From Balanoglossus misakiensis (lineage: Eukaryota; Animalia; Hemichordata): a stretch of DNA of 64,000 bases. Numbering within the stretch: position 1 is the first letter of the stretch; each line of letters begins with the position of its first letter. The DNA is taken from contig CM082577.2 of assembly GCA_040954595.2 (NCBI GenBank), forward strand, positions 10,503,846 to 10,567,845. Reading direction: 5' to 3'. Under the pieces are notes generated by a model, which saw only the letters and a program-made list of their open reading frames with translations, was not told the origin of the DNA and did no database searches. The position numbers were made by a program, and so were the translations under genes. Positions 39,001-52,178 of the stretch are shown piece by piece.

Positions 39001-40479
39001 TCAACGTCAATAGTCACTAAAGCTTACACACTGGTCGAATTGTTTGCATTTACATCTTATCACAGGTCCATTTCCTTTTACCGGGGACGGAAAAAAATGC
39101 TAAAATTTGTCATATCTTGACGTCGTTTGTGTTAACGTGACAGAAATGCGAAAAGTGATTGATTGATTTCTTGTTTTCTTTCGCGAGGCAGGCCATAGTC
39201 CAGCCAGTAACGTTACTGGGTGAAACCTTCAAACCCCCGAATGTAATTTCATATTTTGTTTTCGTCAATTTTCTGATGTTTTTACAGTCTCCAAATCTCA
39301 TATAAACTGTATATTTACGACCCTGCCTATGACGGACATCGGCGAGGTGTAATTTCTCACGTACTGTACGAGTCGAGGCTGTACACGCACGGAGATGGTG
39401 CACGCTGAACCGACGCGACGCGCTGCCTTCGGTGAAGTGATTTTCTGAAGTCCACGCTACAGTCAACGCCCGCCTTCCACCACTAAACGTCTACTTGATA
39501 TGATCTCACCTAAAATACGTTGTGGTAGTAATGACCCCACTTTATTTGGAGGTATAGTTTTGGTTCGCGGATACATTTTCGTTGTTTAGGGTGATTTTTG
39601 TCGTCCGCGTCGTTTCTAGTCTACGCCGCCACACACACGCTCGTACAGCGTGTGTAGTCCCTCGGCTGAACCCGGGCAATGGACTCCGCTCCGCACACGC
39701 CCTGCATAAAGGCGATGGTACACCGCGTATGCTATAGAACCGAACAAGGAAAGAATATCGATCGCCATGTTAAATTTTCATGGAGTATTGTGGTTTTCTC
39801 TGCAGTACTTTGGAATGGGTTTGGAGCTGTGTTCTCAACGTGGAATTGTATTTTCTGTGTGCAGACCACGTAAAAAATTAGCGCTGGCGAAAGATCCAGC
39901 TTGAGTGTATGGTTATTATTATGCACACAGACGTTACCCGCGCTCTCTCAGTGTTGGGCGGTGTCATGCCATTTATTACGATTAGTCGCCGTTTTTTACT
40001 CCTCGCACAAACACATCTGTCGCTTTGACGTAAACAAAGGGAATTATTTTAAATAGCGAAAAAATTGCATCTCGTGTCCCGTTATTTTAGTCGGACGGAA
40101 GTTTTGGCAGTTTGACAATAATCGCCCCATGCGATCGTATCGTGTGTATTTCTACGTTCGGAAAATGTTGGCCGCAGCTGTAACTCGCGGAGTTTTAAGT
40201 CGTGTCTCGTTGATAATTTCGTGGGCACCATTCGCCACAATTTGACCCTTTTTAATCTACAATTCCACACTGTTGACTGTGTAGTTGTTTTCGTGTATAT
40301 CGCACACACAGTGTGCTTTTTTCTGATTCAACCTTTGCTTTGAAGGTTGGCCACGTCTGTAGTTCACGTGGTTACATATTGCAGCGTGCGTGTTATGTTG
40401 TGTCGCCGCGCTAACGTTCACACCAAGTTGAAACAACTGGACGATCTTTCTGAAATTGTCTCATTTGTCTGTCTGGCAG

Positions 40480-40589
40480 GTACCGGAGAAAGCCGTCTGC
40501 GTGTGTGAGTGTAGTTTAGCCGATTGACTCGGATAGATTCCCCCTACCACTCCTCCGGTACAAAGAGAGGCACAGGCAGCAACAGAAAT
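40480..40589 (+). other. Gene 2 5' UTR portion of the first coding exon
   Basis: Acceptor tcatttgtctgtctggcag| at 40479. In-frame stops (TGA 40506, TAG 40512) precede the first ATG at 40590. Confidence 0.65.
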
Positions 40590-40800
40590 ATGGACGGGCG
40601 GGGAGCGTTTCAAGGCCAACCAGTCGGCACCAACACCCCGGCAGCGGTGAACTCGGGAGTACTCATGAGCCCAATATTCACGGATACTCAACCGGGCAGC
40701 AGCGGCGTCCGTCACCACCAACCCGGGGCCGCAACGCCGCAGAGTATCAGCAACATGCCGCCCTACCAAGGAAAATACTTCCCTGCACAAGCTCTGCCAG
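40590..40800 (+). CDS. Gene 2 first coding exon: MDGRGAFQGQPVGTNTPAAVNSGVLMSPIFTDTQPGSSGVRHHQPGAATPQSISNMPPYQGKYFPAQALP(G)
   Basis: ATG in good context (aatATGG), GC-rich coding-like segment and donor CAG|gtaatt ending in phase 1. P/S/G/Q-rich composition like the N-termini of transcription regulators, with no domain in the window. Confidence 0.8.
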
Positions 40801-43800
40801 GTAATTTCAATTCTCCTTCTTTTTTGTCTTGTCTGTTCAAATCAGCCGTTGAATCTGATTAGTCGCTGTGTATTTGGGCGACCGGTTCTGTTGCGTGTGA
40901 TTGCAAGGGTTTTCTTTGTGTGTGTATTGAGCCCGCGATGATATCGTTGCAGCCGTGACAATAACGTGTTTGGTTGGGTGAATTAGGGAATAGTACCAGG
41001 AGCGGCGGTTCGGCACCTGGAAATTATCTACCAAAAGAATGTATATAATTAATACGGGAAACCGATATCGGTTTCTCCGCGAGTCCCGACTATTTTCAAA
41101 CCCAGACTAGACTTCGTTTGCCCAGCTCTGTGAATTCAACGCTACGTTTCGCAGTGTGGGCGGACCCCGTGTCATGCGGACGAAAACAAGCGACTAGAGA
41201 GGTCTCGTTTGACAATCGGAAATGAAAAAAAAGTTCGCTGTAATTTGTGCTGTTTTGGTGTTGTATGTAGCTGGCTAAGAGAAAATCTGTTTTAATTTGG
41301 GGGAGTGCGCACTGTGGCCGGCTACCCGAATGAGAACGTCAATAACTGGCAATGTTTACTTGTGTATAGGTTTGGCTGTCGTTCCATTCATTTCATTTGC
41401 ACTAGCCGCGCTGCGCTCTCGCAAGAAACTATTGCGTCTAGCTCTGTTCTGTGAATCGCGATGTTAGATAGGAAATCTCGTGAGCAATCTTCACTGCTAT
41501 GCCTGGTTTATTCGTAAAATATAAGCTAGTACCTAGTACACTGTATGGTATGGGCTTATTGAACAGGACTCGCAATATACTCGAGAAATTTTAAGTTTTT
41601 GGGATTTTCTGTACGTTCTTTGTTTTAATTGTGGTGTGTCCACGCCTGGTCTAATTCTAGACAAATGTTGCAGAAATTGCGTGGAGGATATAAATATCTG
41701 TCCGTTGATTTCATCACGGCGGCGTTTATTGATAAAACGTTATGCTAAATCATGGAGGTCTATTGGTGCCTGCATCCAAACGAAAACAGCACTGTGTTTG
41801 GAGCGCTCTATTGTGCTATGGGTGTGTTTGTGATTGTCTCTACGCTGATGCCAGCTTGCTGAACTACTTTAAACAGTTTGCGATCCCTGACAGAAAAGGG
41901 GCAGCTTAGTCGATAGTTAAAAATTATTATAAACGGGGTTCAGTAGAAATTTCGATTCGGGTTTATTTTCACAAGTCGAGTCAAAACAGTGTAGGCGACG
42001 CGACGGTCGCTAGTCAGGCTGTTCTAGTCAAAATGCGTGTATCGATCAAAGGGCAACTCGTAGAAAATGCGTGCTGGCTCTCGACTGAAACAATACGTCA
42101 GCAAAGCTTGAGTACCTATACTGGGCTCTAGTCAAAGGCGATACTCCGACAGATCAGTAAAGGTTAAACCTTCTGTTATGTACTTGTCACAAAAAATGTA
42201 GAAATGCGTTGTGAGTTTTTACTTCGATTTGAAGTTCTCGCGATATACTGTTTTCTCGACGCAGACTGAAAAGCTATTTCACTAGCTTTGTCTCGAAATT
42301 CGGACTGTCGTTGATAGAAAAAAGTAAGCCCCGCAATTCTACCGTACATTTGCAATGTAAAAGCAATGTGTTGTACATTTTGGCACGGAGAATTTATGTT
42401 TTTTTTCAGCGACGGAGAGAGTGTCTCTCTGCAAGATTTATGCGACGACGACCACGCATATATAATCACATTTAGTTCTATACTGTGACCTACTGCAGTT
42501 GCACTATTTCCTATTTCAGACATTTCCCACGCACGGTGAAATATTACATTTGTCGAAACCATTCGCAAAATAGCCAATTCGTAGATTCTTCCGAAGGACT
42601 GGTAAAACGCTGGCAATACGCAGGGCGATTTCTTGTTTTTCTGTGTCCTTTCTCATTCAATGAGCGTTCGATGAACGACATGCGTGTGTCACATACGCGC
42701 GCTGCTTTTTGTTCCATGGGAGAGCTCGGACCGAGAGAGCGAACGAAATGCGCGCGGAATAACTCGATTTCCATCATTAGTCGAACTAGGTGTGACCTGT
42801 TTACTAATTCTGGGCATCGAAACAGTCAGCGAGATGCAGGATTTTTTAATGGCAGTCCGGCCATTCAAACTGTGTTAAGTATGTATTCAATTTTGTTCAA
42901 CTGCAAGCAAAATAGGGCATATACGTTTCTTTTGTAACTAAGAGGTTCGGCGAGGATATTAGCTCTACGCAAACAAAGACCTCTCTCGTCTTGCCCGCTG
43001 GATATTTTTCGACGAAAATCGGTATCATGTAAGTCTGGGGTGTGCTCAGTCGGGAAAAATTGTTGTCATTTACGTGGACCAGCTGAGAGGTTTGGATTCC
43101 ACCCTTTCAAATAGGGTAAATTTAACATGCGGACGGCATAAATGTGCTGTCTATAGACGGCCGCGCAGCAGAAACACACGCAATGCAAATTCATAATAAA
43201 GCTATTTATCCCGGCTGTTCTATTAAGTAAACACACCCGTCAATGACGTGGTTTCATTGCTGGGAGCTGCAGACAAATAAAGCTCCCCTATGCCGGCGAC
43301 GATTCGGCGTGCCGGATTCGCATTACGACGTACGTGACACTGGTTTTCGGCTTGTAATCTACTCGAAATCGAAAATTATCCGCGGTTCAAATTGTGTTTG
43401 ACATTTCTTGGCCACCACAGGCTGGCAGGGATAGTTTTGCAATCGCTTGGATATTGATGACATACAAGATTGATTAGTCACGGTTTTAGTTTTGCAGTGG
43501 AAATGACTGGAATCAGTAGGGGGAACTCAGGAAATGACCCCAAACTTTGGAAAATAGCGAACAGGAACTTGGGGTGCACCGTGGATCTCGGCAGCTATAG
43601 CTGTCAGTGTTTGTTGCAAAGACAGTTATACAAACATCGGGAGTCTGGGCGATCATTTTGACAAGGGAGGCTTCGGCGGAGAAGAAAAATTACGCGGGTA
43701 AAAAAAATAACGCGTAGAAATGGAGTGAACGTCGAAAGTTCCCGACTTAGGGAGCTCGTCGCGCGCGAAAGGAAGCGGCTAATGCGCAGAGAGACATTGG

Positions 43801-46800
43801 CAGCGTTTCAAGGATCGGTGGCGAGCGGGCTGATGGAAAAGCCAATCGTAATCCCATTCAAAGTTGTAAAATCGCGCATTGAAAAAAAAAGCATTGTCGT
43901 TCCGCCTAACATGTGGAACAAAAAAAAACGCAAGACCTTCCTGCAAAGACATTCGGGAGATCTGCGTGCAGGGGCTTTGACAAGAGGCTGCCGGCCCCGC
44001 GTGGATCTTATAGTAGGCCTGAATGCGCCGTGATAGGCAATTTAGAAATTCAATTTTTTTGTGAGCCGGGCCTCGGCAACTAATTTGCCGTTCACTTCCC
44101 AGAGACTTATTATATTCCGTGTGTATAGTTTTTTTCATCGGTAAAGCGCTTTTCAATGCCGCTGCGGAACAATATGCTACGACATCTGAGATGCTTCCTA
44201 TAAATAGGGTCTTTGTGCCGACTTTTCTGTGGGTTTTTGTTGCGCGGGGGGAAAACGACATAGAGGAGGCATGCCGTGTTATTTATAAGCCAACTGCTTT
44301 GCCATCGCAGTGCACTGAAAAAACCGAGGCGCGGGAACTGTGGAAACGCTCAAAGCACGAACTCGGGTTTTCTTGTCGCCGCGGAATTGAAAGTGAATGT
44401 GGGAGGGCGCGACGTGTGGTGGAAAAACCCGGACAAAGGCCCAGGAGGAATTCAAATACCGTTTCTGAGCTTGGTTCAGTTCGCGGTAAATTTTGGAAGT
44501 CTTTGGTTAGGCTGGGTCACCTGTCAAATGAAAGGCTTTTCTCTGGCTGGGAAAATGTGTGTTGCAAGATATGTGAAGAAATCATTAATTTAGACCCGAT
44601 AGCAAGTCGTGGTTGACTGTGTGTGTGAGTCAAATTTCTGTCGCCTTTTTAGCCGAGCACGGTCACAGTATGTAATACGCGAGTGACGTTCTCATGGGAA
44701 GTCGTCAGCCTAAAGATTTTGTCGAAACCATCGTCCCTTTAAGGGTTGTATGATTCGGACGAAAACGTTAGGTTTGGATTTAATTTAAAAAGAAATTTGA
44801 CTTTTATGCTGACAATAATTAGCGCCAATAGTTTACAAGATTTCACTCTAAAACCTTATTGTAATGTTTTTATTTTGCTAAATATCACAGAATAGAAAGA
44901 TAGGACTATTAAACAGTCGAGTAAATGAGATCTCCCTCGAATTCTGAAATAATGTCGGTCAGAGTGATGTTCATAATTCAAAAACGTTGGAAGTGGCTAG
45001 TGTGGGGTTTCTAGGCTCATTCAGGGTTCAAGAATAAGAGTTTGAATTTGAGGTCCACTCGATTCAGATTTCAATAATGAATACTGATTAAAGTTTATAA
45101 GAATACTAGTACATTCTTTTTGTTTAGCTGATAAAATAAAGTGAACATTTTACGTTCTGTTCTTATAATTATGTTGCTTCGACTTTATTCAGTAGGCCTA
45201 AACCAACTGGTTCCTATACGCGAATAACTCGTAAACGCTGTGTAGGCCTATACCTTGTGATGCATGATTTGAAATTTCTGCGGCCGGCAAAATGATCTTG
45301 TTGCCGTATCTGTGCGCAGAAATCATTAATTTTAAAGTCATCTGTTCCACAAATGGTAATTCGATTCCGTTTATCTGCACAAAACGGCGGTGTCCGACCC
45401 GACCAGGCCCGGCGCGGTCTGGCAGCGTTGCGCTCTCAACAGGTAGGGGACGGCAGGTGTCGCGGGAGGGTGGACGTTGAAAATAAGTGATTAGAGCGTG
45501 AAAGAAGGGACCGCATGGCCGGCCTTTCATCCGGGCAGTAATTTGTTTTCGTGCGTTGAATGCCCCGTTTGATGAAATGTCAGAGTTGATAGGTGTAAAT
45601 TTCGCGGGGAAAATATGAGCTCATTAATTTTCCCAGTCAAGGCCAACGACAGCCGCGTAAAGTGCGGTGAAATTAGGATTTTTAAGGGAGGCCAAAGGGC
45701 GAGAATTTTCTAGAGGCTTTGAAGGGGGGATACGAGACGTCTCGTAATTTCCTTATATTTGTTTTGATGTGTTTTCCTCGTCACGAGACAACGGATGAAA
45801 TTGAACATTTCAGCTGAACTAACTACGCCAAACCAAACCCTTGTCTCGATCTTGATGAGTGTTTGTTCAGTAAAACCTTTTGAAAACGATGCAGAAATTG
45901 CGTTTAGGGGATGAAGGTTAAAAGAACCCGACCAATCCCGTGATTTATGGCAATAAAAATGAAAATCATGGGGTCAAATTTGAATGAAATTGATATATGA
46001 ATAAACAGTTTACAATATCGCGAGGGCTGCAATGTAAACCTTGCCGAGGAAACTGGATAGGAAATGAGTCAGACTCCGAGGGACGTTCTGGAGTTGTTTT
46101 AAAAGTGTGAACGTACAGATGGAACAACTTGTCGCGAAACTTTCGTCGTTTCCAGAACAACTTTCGTGCTTGCAAACACGGATGACATTGCCAGCATTTG
46201 TTTGAGATATCCGTTTCAATACTATCGGGATGTGTATGCTTGCGCCTGGTCTTGCTCTGCGTGGCCGGCTGGGCTGTCTGTTGTTACCGGCTGGGCCTCC
46301 AACAACACACAGCTAGTCTAGCCGTGATGCACGCCCTACGACGCGTCGCGCGCGACGCACACACACGCAGAGCTCGCGTCACAGTCGCGTCGCATCGTCG
46401 TAAAGCTCCGGCCCTCTTTTACGGCAACGGCGACACGCGTACCCATTTACATCACACATCGAGATTTTTTTTTCTGCGATGAAGTTTATGGCCAGGGAGA
46501 GCTCCGTTGCCCAAGAAGCTTGTGTACCCGGGACACATGGCATCCCACACGGCCGGTCAGTACTCTAGCTATTTGCATTCAAACCTGCATGTACGTACGT
46601 ACAACCCTGTGCTGGCGCGTATTTGCATAGAAATCAAGCGACTGACACAGCCAGGATTCAGTGTAAAATCTATCATGATGCTTATCGAAACATTCAGTGA
46701 GATCGCTCTCAGAGATAGCTCCCGAGATTCCATCACCCCACCTGACGTTGTCAAATTGTATTCCTCTGTACGTGACGTTAAAATATTACTCTTTTTTCTC

Positions 46801-49800
46801 CCTTCTTCTTAAGGGTGTATTGATGTAAAACCTAATCGTTTCATATTTCTTGGAACGTGCTTTCTGCTCATTTGAGAAAAAGAAAGCGGTATCTATCTAT
46901 TCACGGGAAAAAAGGATGTGAAAGTTTAGAGCTGTTTTTCTCATTCGGACTTTTGTGCCACTCTCGAACCCGGATCTTTTGGTGATTATTTTTTAAAAGG
47001 GGGGAAAACTTACGGTTGAATTTGAAAGAATTGAGGAAACTTAACAGGAAGACCGTGCAAAAGCCCACGTGGACAAAAACCCTCTGTCGTGGAATTAGCT
47101 TTCCGTTTCTTTCAAACAGGATGAGGAAAAATGTTGCGCCATGATGCTAACACACGCCTCGGTTTCTGTATGTGCCCATGCAATAATCATCACCAATAAC
47201 TACCATTGAGAGAGAGCGAGAGAAACCTCATTTGCATAGCTTTGTATAGGAACATACTGGTATGTTTTTATTCATTTGGATTTCAAGTGATGGGGGCACA
47301 TTATCTCTCCGTATTGAACAGCTGTTGCCCATCTTCCCTGACAGTTTATTGTGAAGTTCACAAACATAGTCAGGATATACATTTTGTGTGCGTGAACTGT
47401 TTGGTGTCCTTGAATTTTCCTGTTTGATGAATTTTTAAAATGTATTTCCAGTTTGACTTTTTTTGTGTGTCACATGGCCTCTAAAAATAAACAGAAATTG
47501 ACGTACTGTGCCCTGAAACATGAAAACGTGTTGGAAAAATAGAACAGCCCTGTCTGTGTGGGTTTTTTTTCCAACCGTCATTGACATGTTTCTGTTGTGA
47601 ACCGGCATCCTTCAGAAAGAGAGCATAGCTGAGGTTCCAATGTGGAGAGCCAGACACTGGTGTGGAGATTTTTTGTTGTTTGCCCCAGTTCAATGGGGTC
47701 TGTGAAGCGATGATTGATGTATAGAAATGGGGAGGGAATTAGTGTGAACGGAGCGTAGGGACTAAGTTGGTCAAGCTCTGGGTACATGTAGCTGGCCTGT
47801 GCAGTTTGATTGAAAGTGAGTCGTGTATGTCGTATAGGATCTGGTCGGGTTTTCATAGTGGTAGAGGTCCTCCCGCTTAGTTGTCATGCACACAGAGAAG
47901 CCGGCGATCTGTGTTCCTATTTTTATCCCCGTCATAACTCTTGTTTGGAGAGTGAAGAGGGATGGTCGCGGGGAGCCTGTTGTGACAGACGCCACCCCAG
48001 AATGACAAGCTTTGAGCAGCGCTGGTTGAGAGCCACAGAGAGAGCTCTTGGACAGCCCGTGTGACATCTATAGATCACGCTTTTTTTTTTTTTTGAATGG
48101 TGGGCAGATCGTGACCGGGGAAAGAGCAAATGTGCCACCCAGGACAAACACGCACACCCATAAATGGGCACAAGAGGGTCTGGGCAACTGAGCCCAGCCA
48201 CTGTCTCCCATTACACACACCAGCAGCACTGCAGGGATTACAACAAGCCACAGTCCACGTTTTTTTCATCTCGCTCTCTCTCTCTCTCCGCTAGTCAGAC
48301 AACACTCATTGTACAGCTTTTTCCGGACATCTTTCAATTCCATTCCATGAGAATGGCAGTTTGAATGGCAGTTCGCCCGGAGTTTTCACAGGGATCATTC
48401 TTTGAAAAAAAGTTTTGACTGACATGAAACGAAAAGGGGGATATTACGCACTGGAGGGTATGGCGTGTTGTATTTCCTCAGTACTAGTGGTAGATTTTTT
48501 TTTGAGAAGAGGAGGGGGGGGGGGCATTCGCTCCCCGGCACAGTCATTAATAGTCTGCCTTTGCCCCCACTCTCTAAAAGCGATGAGATGAACGCCGACC
48601 TCTGTCTCCGCAATCTGGTGTGCGTATACGTGACACAAATCCCAGAGTCCGTTTTCTATTCTGTGCGCCACAAGACGGGACTGATGTTTTTAATGCCGCT
48701 GCTGGCCTGCTTAGGAAGTGCTGCAGGCTCCTACTTTGTGGAAAACGATCCAGAGAGAGCCCCTGATATGTTAAAACATGCAGAAAAAAATAGTATATTA
48801 TTCCTAAGTCTGCAGACGGAACGTAATAATTTTTTCATTTTTCTGTATCAGTGTATGTATGTATGAATGATGATGATTCATGTGTTTTATTATTTTTTTG
48901 TTGAGCACTGTTTTTGTAGTTGATACACACCAGCTGACTTGCCCTGGTATAGTCGGACCAACATGAATGTCTGTCTGCCGCGGCTTGTTTACATTTTCCC
49001 ATTCACTGTTCCCTGTGCAAACAGATTTTTCTATAAAAAAAGTTTGATTGTACTCTTGGGCATGTTGTGTTTTGTCTGGAATGCTATCAAATTTTCATGG
49101 CTGACATTTTCCGTAAATGCTACGCCTGTTTTTTTAATTTCACGAAATCGCAATTTCACGAAGCCTTCAGAGAGAGAAAAGAGACCGGTGAATAATTTTC
49201 CTGTAGTTGTAAGCAGCACAAATTACATACAGAGAAACATATACACACGTATATGTACATAATCACATTTGTTCACTGTCTGAAGACCATGGAGAGAGAG
49301 AGAGACGAACATACTCGGATTATGGGTGTTCTAGACTATACAGCGCTCGCAGTGTACCCTACCTCCAAGCCATCTAAATTATGCATAATGAACAGGCTGT
49401 GTTGTTGCACATCCAATGATTAATATTACATAAAAGATTCAACATATTCCCCATAAAATAAAAACCCTCCGCAGGATTGTCTGGTTATATGCTCGCTGGG
49501 TATTGCGTTAAACCCCGTATTTTGCTTCTCAGACTCCTGAATATTCAACAGGGGCCCTGGCTTGCTTTCTGTGTTAATATGGAGGGGTCCCGTTTTTCAC
49601 TATCGAATTCCACGTCCAGGGACTCGCTTTTAGTGATAAGTTTAAACTAACAGTTGCTGTGTACGCGTCCAGTTAAAAAACGAAAATATTTCATTTGCGT
49701 ATCACTCCCCCCCCACCCTCGCACCTCAGTGTGCCAACAAAAAAATACAACGACAGCAGAAACCGTGGAACCATGTAGTTGTTATAAATCTATTCTTCAG

Positions 49801-52146
49801 TTTAGAGAGAAATCAATAACCATGATTGCACAGTCCAGTTTTATGCATTTCCAGGACCCCGGTACAAGTGGAAACACGCACTCACCGGGATTTAATTATC
49901 ACATGATTTTTAAACAGTCAATAAGTTTTTTTTTTAAATTCAGGAGCTCATTGTGAATGGACTTGGGTAAAAGAAAAAATAGATTCAGCGGGGGACAATG
50001 TACTCCACGCGACTTTTTGTTTGTGTCTGTGTTGTTCAAAAAAGTAATAAAAAAAATTAGACTAATATTTACCATGCCTTGTAAATAAAATGGAAGTCGG
50101 TGAAATAAAGCGCTTGAAAAGTAATTGGTTGAAACAATATACGCAGTTCGAACAGCGGGATGTGTTGGGAAAAATGGCCTGGATAAAACAAAATGATTAA
50201 TTTCAAAAGCTGGTGGGATGGTATTCGGTAGAAATATCTCTAGACAAATGTAGGTTATGGTAGCTTTAGTTCGGCAGGGTGGAAACTATGTGTTGTGGAG
50301 ATTGGAATAATATTGTACAGCTGATGAAGTATCTACAGCCATAGGATGATAAAATCGGAGAAGCTAGGCTGTCTGGTCCAAGGACTGCGGAGGTTAACTC
50401 ATTATTGCATAAAGCAACAGATGAAAAATAATCAACTTAAACTCTGAACTTATTTATGAAAAAAAAGCAGACCACGATAAAAAAAAAAGTCAGTAGTGTG
50501 CTCTCGCCAACGCCACGAGGGCCCATTACGCACAAGTTGAGCTGTACTTGGATCGTTTCCAAAGACGGCGTGGTACACTGTAGTTTTTTTTTCCTGTTTG
50601 GTTATAATACAGACAAAAAATGTTGAAAGGTGTGGTGTGGGAGGGAGGGGATCTGAGGTTGGGTGGCACATCCGGCTGGAAATTAATCAGAGGTTTCCTT
50701 TGATAGAGTCGTCGTGTAATAGTGGCTCTTAATTGTTCTAATTTTTTGTAAATGATCATCTTTTCCCATTCACCTTCAGATACGCTCCATCGAGTTAGAA
50801 CCATTGATGTTAGTTTAACTAGCCTTCATAAAAAAACAAGGTATATTCTATTTGTTGGCAAATTGATCGTGCATGAGAGAGAAAATGCAACGAGAGAAAA
50901 TGGGACACCACACAATATGGTGGATTGATTTTGATGTCTAAAGTATAATTCGTAAGGATTAAGAACAAATCAATCTTTTGGCGGTGACAATAGACTTATT
51001 TCTTGGTTTGAAATGAAAATGCCAGATGATAAAAAAAAGCATGCCTGAAATAATGGAATCCCTCTGAAATTTACCTGCAATCAGAGATGTTGGCAAGTTC
51101 CATTTGTCAGAGACCTGGCATTGTGGTCTGGAGTTTCACTTACTGAACATTCTCGGTGTAAAGATGGGCATCCTGTTCCTAAAATGTGATATTGTTTTTG
51201 AAAAAACTCTCTCCCCATTGAGAACATTTATTGTTGCTGATGGTTTGCTCTGCAGGCCTGCAAACAGGGGTCTACTGCACAGGCCTGATAACAGTGTTCT
51301 TCTGACAGCAAAACGAAGTCTGTGCTGGTTTGGTAGTCAGAGCGACGATTCTTTACCGTGGAACAGACATGGTGATTTACGCTGCAACGGTGTAAAATGC
51401 GTTGACGGTCTAATCCACCGTCCGGTGCTCGGGTCATAATCCGTTGATTTCCGTGAAGAAAAGAAAAATGGAAAATTCAACCTAATTACCAAGTGATTTC
51501 AGTGGCCAATTATCTATTCACTCATTATAAAAGAATTTTATGCAAATTTAGGCGACTTTCTTTGCAAGAACATATGGAACACGGGCTATAGCGTGAGTCT
51601 CCCAGGGACGACATTGCCACTGTTCGCGAAACATTGCTGATACACCCAATCTTTGGATCCCAAAGTCATTTGCATGGCATTAAGTTAAAAATGGGTCACC
51701 CATGATTTTTGTCGTATGATGATGAATTGAGTTTCCCCCTTCAAACATTTCCAACCGGGAGGCTGTTTTTTAATGTCCGTTAAAAAAAACACTGTTTGCA
51801 AATACGTAGACGCCAGAAATTTAATATCTGTACGACTTGTTGACACATGCCGGGGACCTTTCAAACCCTTGTGGAAATGTCACATCCACAATGGCAGTCA
51901 ATATTTTCATATGATTTTTTTTGCGGCGAATGAAGTTTTGATCTTTTTGTGCTGTGAGCCGTTTCTATTCAGCGTTTCGGTTTGTCGTTTGCAAGCGCGG
52001 CGCAGTTCGGTTTTCTGTGCAGTCGCCGTTCTCGTAATCCACCATCACTCACGCAAGGAATCCCGTGGAGGCCTTTGCCACTAAAAATTTTATGCCTGCC
52101 TGCTTACTTGGCTAAGCCGTTCTGCAAAATTGCTTTTTTCCCCCGT

Positions 52147-52178
52147 TCTCTCTCTCTCTCTCTCTCTCGCTCGCTCGC
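52147..52178. repeat. (TC)n/(TCGC)n microsatellite
   Basis: Directly visible. Confidence 0.85.
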
